A stretch of DNA of 63,782 nt, counting the filler, from Octopus bimaculoides (Eukaryota): the NCBI RefSeq assembly GCF_001194135.2. It is 5 parts of 5 records of this genome, joined end to end, with 100 filler letters (N's around TTAATTAATTAA, not from the genome) between each part and the next. Parts side by side here need not be neighbours in the genome. Positions count along the whole stretch, not along the records: positions 1 to 15,808 come from NC_068985.1; 4 more parts are not named here. The stretch is one strand, 5' to 3'. Both the position numbers and the translations under genes were made by a program. The notes under the pieces are model-generated. The model saw nothing but the letters and a program-made list of their open reading frames with translations, ran no database searches and was not told the origin of the DNA. This document shows positions 1-10,300 of this stretch, in pieces; the stretch's first letter is position 1, and the number at the start of each line of letters is the position of its first letter.

Positions 1-246
1 GTATAGTTGCCCACCGCCATGGGTGTGCGTGCATATGGTTCTGCTAATTACAGCTTAATGGTAAAGTTCAAAAGTCTTCGTTTTGGCGCGCCAATTCCAG
101 GAATATATCCGCAGAAACTATTTACTGCGTCGAATATATTCAGAATGAGAACATGAGTAATGGGTAAATATTATTATAAGATCTGGTAATTAGTCATATA
201 TTAATATATTAATTAATATCAATTAATTATCAGGGGGCCGTGTGTG

Positions 247-289
<43 letters not shown>

Positions 290-297
290 GCGTGTGT

Positions 298-880
298 ATA
301 CTAGCTGAATAGCCCATCATTGCCGGGCAATTTTTACAATAGAATGTCTTATATATAAAGTTTTGTTTATTCTATGTCAGACCATGCCTTCCCCAATTGA
401 TAGGCCTCTTGATCAGGATAGATTTGTACAATTTTTCACAAAAGACTTTGTTGAGAATTTTTTTCCTTTTTAAATTATTTACATGTCTGTCTGACCATTT
501 CACATGACTTTATTCATTAAAACTTATTAAAACTTCAGAAATTCTTACAACTTTAGTTGTAATGCTTTGCATTTTTTTTGTTTAATAAAAATTCCTCCTC
601 CTAACGATTTTGTTTTCATTTTGTGATAGACAGCTATCATGCAGAAAATGCCAGTTTCCAGATCTTGTTTTCTGATTTGGTAAAATTTATTATACTTTAA
701 ACTACAGTACCATTTTTCTGCAAATTTTCCAGAACAAATAAATAACAAAATCAGATTTAACATGGGAAATTATTTCAATATAACAATTTTGAAAATTTTG
801 ATGTGATTTTAAAATCTCACAATATGTGACAGTGACAGGGAAGACCCTACAAAAGTAGACAGACAGACAGTTATAGGACG

Positions 881-936
<56 letters not shown>

Positions 937-1015
937 TTACAAACATACACACAGGTAATCACGAGTTGAAAATGGTGTATAGTAGACATATGTATATATA
1001 TGTATGTATGTGTGT
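298..1015 (+). mobile_element. Possible Helitron-like non-autonomous element with internal (CAGA)n/(CA)n
   Basis: Starts tactagctgaatagcccatcattgccgggc, resembling the 5' ends of invertebrate non-autonomous rolling-circle elements, with an internal microsatellite at 882-935. Pattern recall only. Confidence 0.25.
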
Positions 1016-1489
1016 AGAAAAGCAACCTAAAAAGTTACGTATTCCTCCCTTGGCATTTTAAAAGTTGTGTGTGTGTGTGTCTGTGTGTGTAGATATGTAT
1101 GCATGTATCTATGTATTTACGAAAGTATGTATGCAGTGTCACATGTATATGACATCCCATTGCCACTTCATATTTATCACTTACAGAATGCTGTACTCCC
1201 CTTCTCTGTTATCAATCACACTCATTCTGCTACTATGTTTCCCTCAGACTAATACTTTTTGCACCCTTCTCATATAATTCACTCAAACCCCGACTAGGGT
1301 TCACATTACAGATTTTTATTGACATCTAATTCACCTATTATTGAACTGAATGTTAGTGTAACACATAAATAAACTTTTCCCACTTTCAACCTGTGTATAT
1401 TGAAGTGAATCTTGTAGTGGCTGGACGTATAAAAAAAAAAAACAGGCAGTAAGTAAAAATATCCAAAAAACACAGTAGCCAAGCAAAAG

Positions 1490-1532
1490 AACACACTGAA
1501 TAAACCACATGCAGTTGAAAAATACATTTATT
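1490..1532 (-). terminator. Candidate polyadenylation site of the minus-strand repeat gene
   Basis: Minus-strand AATAAA (1532-1527) followed by a CA and a GU/U-rich tract (tgtggtttattcagtgtgttcttttg). AATAAA is common in AT-rich DNA. Confidence 0.25.
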
Positions 1533-2689
1533 AGAGATGACTCAGAAGTTGTTGCTCTTCCGCAAACAGCAGTACATTTCTTCAGCTAAATACATGCTGT
1601 TTCTAGCATATTCCAGGTGACATTTGTGCCTCCCCACTTATTTTTATCCTAAATTTCTTCTGATTCCTATGTTTTTGAGAGAGGAAATTAGGATTTCATC
1701 CAACAAACACATTCTCAATATTTTAATTTTCTCCCTCCCCAATTTCATCATTTCTTCATTTTGAAACATTGGGAGGTTTTAGCTTTTTGAAAGCAGTGAG
1801 GTGATGGGTGGGCAAGGTGGGGGAAGGGACATTGAGTGTTTCTTTCAGAAAAATTAAACTTTAGAAAAAAATATATTTCCTAGATTCGTAATCATTTCAA
1901 TCATTTTTGTATTCAATTCTTTATTTCTAGTTGTATTATATGTGCAAAGTATGTTTGCCATCATTTGTAACTGGTAAGAAGACCCTCATTGTAAATATGA
2001 CCTCTTGAAATTGTAGGGAAATTTGGTCTAAATAAGTCTTGGTTAAGATGAAATTCCTTAAATATTCTTTGTGGCACTTGAAGGACTTAGCACCACCAAA
2101 CATCTCAAAATTTAATTTTATGAAGGAGAAAGAAAATGTTTAATAAAGACGTATAATAATTTACATGTAGGAATTCTTTTGAGACATGGAATGCATTTCA
2201 TGGATTATCTAAGAATAAGATCATTGAGAAATATTGCCTTACAGCATCAGATGAAGAATTAAAAAAAAATATCCAGAGACGTGTTTAAAAAATGGAAAAG
2301 TATCCTAGTGCCCTGTTAATATCCTTATTTGAATTGAACTCAGTACCTATTTATTCACCAGTACTTTTTCAATAATTTGGTCACTGATTTACTATGCCTG
2401 TTCTATATCTCTTCTTTTTCTACAATAACAGTCACTGCTTCTTTTAACTTTATTTCCTCTCTACTGCTCCCACATAAACCTACTTATGCCACCTTTTTCT
2501 AAACCTCTCACCACACCTGCTTAGTTTCACCAGAACCTTGTACTAAATACTTCTCCAATCCTTCCTAACTAAAACTTTAACCTTTTTCCATTTAAATTTA
2601 TGCTAATCTAAAACCATTGCCTTCATTAGCCATATTGTACCCCATCAAATAAGCTCAGAAAAGCTTTTGGGCACTTTTCTCTTTTATTC

Positions 2690-3170
2690 ATCAATCAAAG
2701 AATCTTACCTAGGAGGGTTCTTCTTTGAAATCTGTTTTACCTTGGGCTTCTTGGTTGTAAATCCCAGTTTGATGTTCCTGGTGACTTGTCATATTCTTCT
2801 TTCTGTTGTGACGTTTCTTAGTTTCAGGTTTTTCTTGGTAGTCAGTCTTAGATTCCTGTTCTAAGGGATATCATAGTTTGGCCTTCTTGGTAGCCTGTCC
2901 CAGTTTGTTATTCTTCTTGGTGGCATCTTTTAGTTGCATGTTCTTGTGGGTATATATTAATTTGATCTTCTTGGTACTCTGTCTCAGTTTGGTATTCTTC
3001 CTGGTGGTATTTTGTTTTGCATGTTCTTGGGGTTATACCTTAGTTTGACCTACATGGCAGTCTGTCTCACTTTGGTGTTCTTGGTACTATATTTTTGTTG
3101 CATGTTCTTGGGGGTATAACTTAGTTTGACCTTCTTGTTACACTGTCTCAGTTTGATATTTTTCTGGACT
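2690..3170 (-). repeat. Degenerate outlying units of the 81-bp repeat
   Basis: Units such as taccaagaacaccaaagtgagacagac are recognisable on the minus strand, but carry in-frame stops and indels. Confidence 0.85.
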
Positions 3171-3289
3171 ACTGATACACTGCCATCTACTTCAGATCCC
3201 TTTAATGTCGAGTAGATAGGTCACACCTGATTTTAATCGAAATTTTTGGTTAAAAAAAGTGCAAACTATCCATGAATATATATGGTAAT

Positions 3290-3443
3290 CATGCCTTATC
3301 TTGTAGCTTTGAGATTTTAATGTGATTGCTTATTTTAGAATGAAATTGAAGATAGGTGTGAGAGACTGGATTTGGCTGGCTTGAATATAAAATAGGTAGA
3401 ATATCTAGGCCAGATATGGCTGGTTTAAAGGCTAAATGGTTAA
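3290..3443 (+). mobile_element. Partial piggyBac-like MITE (right half)
   Basis: Homologous to 50621-50848 and 51084-51292 (tagctttgagatttt...ggtgtgagagac...ggtttaaaggctaaatggttaa); ends in TTAA. Confidence 0.6.
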
Positions 3444-3959
3444 TTCTGATCCTTGTAGAATCTTATTTATTATCAATATATGTTGATATATGAATGAAAT
3501 CAATAAAGTGCAAAGTGTGATTTATCATTCAATAGCTTGGCAGTAGCTGATATGCACACCAAAAATCAGTGATAATGCGGTGGTGCTGGAGGTGGGGAGG
3601 GTGGCAATATGAGGTGCATTATTTTCAACAATAGCATAGAAGCATTTCAGGATACAAATTTCACCATCCCAACAACCCAGTGGCCCTCTTGTTATTAGTC
3701 AAAATGAAAATTTGTGGTGCACAAAATTGGATATATTGATTTCCATGATTGAGCCAATTCTTCTAATATGCACAAGAGTCTTACCTAGCAGCATTGGAGG
3801 CCCTGGCTGAGTCAGTGTTTTGGTTCTACAGAATTTACTTATTGACAGCAAAGCACAACATAACATACATCAGAATTGGGACCCTAAGCAGTCCTAGTTA
3901 GGACTCTTCATTTGAAGTTCTTGGTGAAAGGTCTTAATCTTCTTTGTTTTAGCAAAGTA

Positions 3960-6900
3960 TCTTAGTTTTAGGTTTTTTTGTTTTTTTTTTGGTAGCAACA
4001 TTTAGAATCTTGTTCTGGATGGTATATCTAAGTGTAGCCTCCTTGGCAGTCCGTCTCACTTTGGTGTTTTCATGGCATATTTTTATTGCATGTTCCTGTA
4101 AGTATATCTTACTTTTACTTTCTTAGAGCTCTGTCTCACTTTGGTGACTTAGTGGCATATTTTTGTTGCCTATCTTGGGGGTATATCTTAGTTTGGCGTT
4201 CATGGTAGTCTGCTTATTTTGATGTTCTTGGTGGCATATTTTTGTTGCATGTGCTTTTGGGTATATTGTACTTTGACCTTCTTGGTACCCTGTCTCGGTT
4301 TGGTATTCTTCTTGGGGGCATATTTTTGTTGTATGTTCTTGGTGTTATATATTAATTTAGTCTTCTTGATAGTCTGTCTCACTTCAGCGTTCTTTGTGGG
4401 ATATTTATGTTGTATGGTCTTAGGAGTATATCTTAATTTGGACTTCTTAGTAATCTGTTTCCCTTTGATGTTCTTGGTAGTATAATTTTGTTGCATGTGC
4501 TTGGTGGTATCTTAATTTGGCCTTCTTTGTAGTCTGCCTCACTTGGGGACATACTTTTGCTGCATATTCATGGGGATATATCTTAATCTGACCCTCTTGG
4601 TGGTCTATATGACTTCGGTGTCCTTATAAGTAAATATTTGTAGCATGTGCTTGGGGGTATATCATAGTTTGACCCTCGTGGTACTCTGTCTCAGTTTGGT
4701 ATTCTTCCTGGTGGGATATTTTAATTGCATGTGCTTGAAGGTATATCTTAATTTGGCCTTTATCGAAGTCTGTCTCAGTTTGGTGTTCTTGGTGGCATAT
4801 TTTTGTTGCATGTCCATGGGCGTATATCTTAACTTGATCTTCTTGGTAGTCTATCCCACTTTGGAGTTCTTGGTAGTATATATTTGTTGGTGTGTTTGGG
4901 GGAATATCGTAGTTTGAACCTCATAGTACTCTGTCGCAGTTCAGTATTCTCTTTGGTTGCATATCTTTGTTCCTCATTCTTGGTGGTATATCTTAGTTTG
5001 GCCTTCTTCATAGTCTGACTGATATTGGTGTTCTTTATGGAATACTTTTGTTGCATGTGCTTCGGGGTATACCTTAATTTGGTCTTCTTGGTAGTCTGTT
5101 TCACTCTGGTATTACCGGTGACATATTTTTGTTGCATGTGATTAGGAGTATATCTTAATTTGGCCTTCTCAGTAGTCTGTCTCCTTTTGGTGTTCTTGGT
5201 GACATATTTTTGTTGCACATGCTTGTGGGTATATCTTAATTTGGCCGTCTTAGAAGTCTGTCTCATTTTTGAGTTCCCAGTGACATATTTTTGCTGCATG
5301 TGCTTGGTTTTATATTGTAGTTTGACACTATTTGTACTATGTCCCAGTTTGGTATTTTCTTCTTGGCATACTTTTGTTCCATGTCTCTGGAAGTATGTGG
5401 AAATTTGGTTTTCTTGAGAGTCTGTCTCACTTTGGTGTTCTTGGGGGCATATTTTTGTTCCACGTGCTGGGGCGTGTGTCTTAATATGGCCTTCTTGGTA
5501 GTCAGTCTCACTTTGGTGTTCTTTGTAGTATACTTTTGTTGCACGTGCTTGGGGATATATCTTATTATGGCCTTCTTGGTAGTCTGTCTCACTTTGATGT
5601 TCTTGATTGTATATTTTTGTTGCATGTGCATGGGGGTATATCTTAATGTGGCCTTCTTCATAGTCTGTCTCACTCTGGTGTTCTTGGTGGAATGTTTTTG
5701 TTGCATGTTCTTGTAGGTATATCTTAATTTGGCCTTCATTGTAGTCTGTCTCACTTTGGGGTTCTTCATCCAATATTTTTGTTGCATGTGCTTCGAAGTG
5801 TACCCTAGTTTGATGTTCTTGAGACTCTGTCTCTGATTGGTGTTCTTGGTGACACCGTTTTGTTGCATGTTCTTGGGTGTACATCTTAATTTGTTCTTCT
5901 TGGTAGTCTTTTTCCCTTTGGGGTTCTTGGTGGCATTTTTTTCTTGCATGTGCATAGGGGCCTCTCTTAATATGGCCTTTTGGATAGTCTGTCTCAGTTT
6001 GGTGCTCTTGGTGGCATATTTTTGTTGCACGTGCTTTGGGGTATATCTTATTATGGCCCACTTGGTAGTCTGTCTCACTTTGATGTTCTTGGTAGTATAT
6101 TTTGGTTGCAGGTGCTGCTGGATATATCTTAATATGTCCTTCTTGGTAGTCTGTCTCACTTTGGTCTTCTTGGTGGCTTACTTTTGTTGTACGTTCTTGG
6201 GGGTATATCTTATAATGGCCTTCTTGGTAGTCTGTCTCACTTTGATGTTCTTGGTAGTATATTTTTGTTGCATGTGCTTGGGGGTATATCTTAATATGGC
6301 CTTCTTGGTAGTCTGTCTCACTTTGGTGTTCTTGGTGGCATATTTTAGTTGCTCGTGCTTGGGGGTATACCTTAATATGGCCTTCTTGGTAGTCAGTCTC
6401 ACTTTGGTATTCTTGGTAGTATATTTTTGTTGCATGTGTATGGGGGTATATCTTAATATGACCTGCTTGGTAGTCTGTCTCACTTTGATGTTCTTGATGG
6501 CTTACTTTTGTTGTACGTTCTTGGGGGTGTCTCTTATTATGGCCTTCTTGGTAGTCTGTCTCACTTTGGTGTTCTTGGTGGTTTACTTTTGTTGTAGGTG
6601 CTTGGGGGTATATCTTAATATGGCCTTCTACATAGTCTGTCTCACTTTGGTGTTCTTTGTGGTATATTTTTGTAGCACATGCTTGGGGGCGTATCTTAAT
6701 ATGGCCTTCTTGGTAGTCAGTCTCACTTTGGTGTTCTCGGTAGTATATTTTCATTGCATTTGCATAGGGGTATATCTTAATATGGCCTTCTTGATAGTCT
6801 GTCTCACTTTGATGTTCTTTGTAGTATACTTTTGTTGCACGTGCGTGGGGGTATATCTTATTATGGCCTGCTTGGTAGTCTGTCTCACTTTGATGTTCTT

Positions 6901-8960
6901 GATAGTATATTTTTGTTGCATGTGCATGGGGGTATATCATGATATGGCCCGCTTTGTAGTCTGTCTCACTCTGGTGTTCTTGGTGGAATGTTTTTGTTGC
7001 ATGTACTTGAGAGTATGACTTAATTTGGCCTTTTGGGTAGTCTGTCTCACTTTGATGTTCTTGGTAGTATATTTTTGTTGCAGGTGCTGCTGGATATATC
7101 TTATTATGGCCTTCTTGATAGTCTGTCTCACTTTGGTGTTCTTGGTGGCTTAATTTTGTTGCATTTGCACGGGGGTATATCTTAATATGGCCCTCTTGGT
7201 AGTCTGTCTCACTTTGATGTTCTTGGTAGTATATTTTTGTTGCATTTGCACGGGGGTATATCTTTATATGGCCCGCTTGGTAATCTGTCTCACTTTGATG
7301 TTCTTGGTAGTATATTTTTGTTGCAGGTGCACGGGGGTATATCGTAATATGACCTTCATGGTAGTCTGCTTCACTTTGATGTTCTTGGTAGAAACTTTTC
7401 GTCGCATGTGCACGGGGGTATATCTTAATATGGCCCTCTTGGTAGTCTGTCTCACTTTGATATTCTTGGTAGTATATTTTTGTTGCATTTGCACGGGGGT
7501 ATATCTTAATATGGTCCTCTTGGTAGTCTGTCTCACTTTGATGTTCTTGGTAGTATATTTTTGTTGCATTTGCACGGGGGTTTATCTTAATTTGGCCTTC
7601 ATTGTAGTCTGTCTCACTTTGGGGTTCTTCATCCAATATTTTTGTTGCATGTGCTTCGGNNNNNNNNNNNNNNNNNNNNNNNNNNNNNNNNNNNNNNNNN
7701 NNNNNNNNNNNNNNNNNNNNNNNNNNNNNNNNNNNNNNNNNNNNNNNNNNNNNNNNNNNNNNNNNNNNNNNNNNNNNNNNNNNNNNNNNNNNNNNNNNNN
7801 NNNNNNNNNNNNNNNNNNNNNNNNNNNNNNNNNNNNNNNNNNNNNNNNNNNNNNNNNNNNNNNNNNNNNNNNNNNNNNNNNNNNNNNNNNNNNNNNNNNN
7901 NNNNNNNNNNNNNNNNNNNNNNNNNNNNNNNNNNNNNNNNNNNNNNNNNNNNNNNNNNNNNNNNNNNNNNGGTCCTCTTGGTAGTCTGTCTCACTTTGAT
8001 GTTCTTGGTAGTATATTTTTGTTGCATTTGCACGGGGGTATATCTTAATATGGCCCTCTTGGTAGTCTGTCTCACTTTGATGTTCTTGGTAGTATATTTT
8101 TGTTGCAGGTGCACGGGGGTATATCTTAATATGGCCCGCTTGGTAGTCTGTCTCACTTTGATGTTCTTGGTAGTATATATTTGTTGCAGGTGCACGGGGG
8201 TATATCTTAATATGGTCCTCTTGGTAGTCTGTCTCACTTTGATGTTCTTGGTAGTATATTTTTGTTGCATTTGCACGGGGGTTTATCTTAATTTGGCCTT
8301 CATTGTAGTCTGTCTCACTTTGGGGTTCTTCATCCAATATTTTTGTTGCATGTGCTTCGGGATGTACCCTAGTTTGATATTCTTGGCACTCTGTCTCTGT
8401 TTGGTGTTCTTGGTGACACTTTATTATTGCATGCTCTTGGGTGTATATCTTAGTTTGGCCTTTTGGGTAGTCTGTCTCTGTTTGTTGTGGTTGGTAGTAT
8501 ATTTTTGTTGCATGTGCTTGTGGGTATATCTTAATCTGGTCTTCTTGGTAGTCTGTCTCACTTTGGGGTTCTTGGGTGCATTTTTTTCTTCCATGTGCTT
8601 GAGAGTATATCTGAATTTGACCTTCTCGGTAATCTGTCTCCCTTTGGTGTTCTTGGTGACACCTTTTTGTTGCACGTTCTGGAGTGTATATCTTAATTTG
8701 GTCTTCTCGGTAGTCTGTCTCACTTTGGTGTTCTTGGTGGCATATTTTTTTTGCATGTGCTTGGCGATATATTGTAGTTTGATCTTCTTGGTGCTCTGTC
8801 TCACTTTGGTATTCTTGGTGACATCTTTTTGTTGCACGTTCTTGAGTGTATGTCTTAATGTGGCCTTTTAGGTAGTCTGCCTCATTTTGATGTTCTTGGT
8901 GAAATATTTTTGCTGCATGTGCTTGTGGATATATCTTAGATTGACCTTCTTGGTAGTCTA
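3960..8960 (-). repeat. 81-bp (27-codon) tandem repeat array
   Basis: Clear 81-nt periodicity, for example gtagtctgtctcactttgatgttcttggtagtatatttttgttgcatttgcacgggggtatatcttaatatggccctcttg. Interrupted by an N gap at 7660-7970. Confidence 0.97.
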
Positions 8961-9324
8961 TCCGAGTTTGGTAGCAGTTTTTAATTTTACATTTTTCTTC
9001 GTAGTCAGTCCCAGATTCTTTTCCTTGGTAACACCTCTTAGTTTGGTCTCGGTACCTTAGCTCATTTACACCTTCAACATATTCTATCTTAGTTTTGTCC
9101 TCTTCAGGGTATTTTATGCCAAATTGGTGTCCTCGTTGGTATTTTACCTCAGTTTTGTTTTGTCCCTGTCTTATATCAATTTGATCTTTTGAGTGTCTTA
9201 TCTCAGTTTGGCCTTTTACATGTGGTCTAATCTTAGTTTGGGCTTCTTTTACCACTTGGTGATCTACCATAGTGTGGCCTTCTTGATGGTCTGTCTTCGT
9301 TGAAGTTTGTAATGGACAACAAGC
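4829..9324 (-). CDS. Large terminal coding exon of an unidentified His/Tyr/Gln/Glu-rich 27-aa repeat protein
   Basis: Acceptor tttttttttaag|GCT at 9324 (phase 0). The HQSETDY frame has no stop over 9324-7971 and 7659-5359, despite many CAA/CAG/TAC codons one substitution from a stop. The ORF shifts frame near 5356 and stops at 4829. Frame across the N gap cannot be verified, and upstream exons were not found. Confidence 0.65.
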
Positions 9325-10300
9325 CTTAAAAAAAAATAATATATCATATGCATACATTTCTCATTATCTAATTTCATCTTCTTCATCATCATAATCATCA
9401 TTATTATTTAGATTGTACAGGCATCTCCCATATTACAGAAGTATTACAATACTGAAAATCTTACTATAATGTAAAATTCCATAATACCACATCGTTGTGG
9501 TTGAAAGGCTAACGTATGAAAGGTGGACAAGAACCAGTGTCTTGACATGCAGGAGCTACATGGCTATCCCACATTATACTGGGCCGGGAGTAATTGAGAA
9601 GGAGACAAAAGAAGGTAATGATGGAGTGCTAGAGAAAATTCTGAAGGTACAAGAAAGGTGAGCATAAAAGAGGAGACAGGCTGTGGGTCATAGGATGGAA
9701 AGTAAGAGAGAGTAAATACTTCATAAGAGTGTGTAGGGAAACTAAGAGATGGTTAGAGACGAAGGTAGAGGTGAATGTAGAACATGATGAACAAGGGTAG
9801 AAATGCAGTTAATAGAAAATGCATGTATAAAGAAAGGTAACAGTGGGGAGTGGGTGTAGAAGAGACTCAGGAAGGATAGATCAGAAGGTAGGGGAATGAT
9901 GTGCACAGAGTAGGAATGATGAGAATATTTAAGTGGGTGCTGAAAAGTTCCTGGCTTTAAGTGCATTGCAAAGAGCCTGGTTGAAGTCCCAACCTTCTGA
10001 GTTTTTTTTACAAGGCTTTTAAAGACTGAAGGACGGCTGCAACAGTGTGTGCGTCTGAGAGGGAAATATATTGCATAAAATTATACTTAACTGATCCTCC
10101 TGTGTTTTCTGTTCCTCAAAGTTAGGAACTTTTCAGCATCCCCTTGTATATCTATCTATCTATCTATCTGTCTGTATGCCTGTTTGTCTGTCTATCCATC
10201 TATCTATTCATCTTTGTATGTATGTATGTTTGCATGCATGTATGTTTGTATGTATGTATACATACGTGTATGTATATACATATATCTGTCTATATATGTG

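Noticed and set aside
5263-8837. Separate K/R-rich ORFs (histone H1- or protamine-like)
   Set aside because: Alternative frame of the same repeat, fragmented by stops upstream of 5358.
5837-8871. Plus-strand hydrophobic Cys-rich ORFs read as a multi-pass membrane protein
   Set aside because: Antisense shadow of the 81-bp repeat; broken by stops, and with no unique N-terminus or splice context, unlike the minus-strand frame.
3960-8960. C2H2 zinc-finger array or CRISPR array
   Set aside because: The period is 81 rather than 84 bp with no CxxC/HxxxH pattern; there are no unique spacers or cas genes, and the context is eukaryotic.
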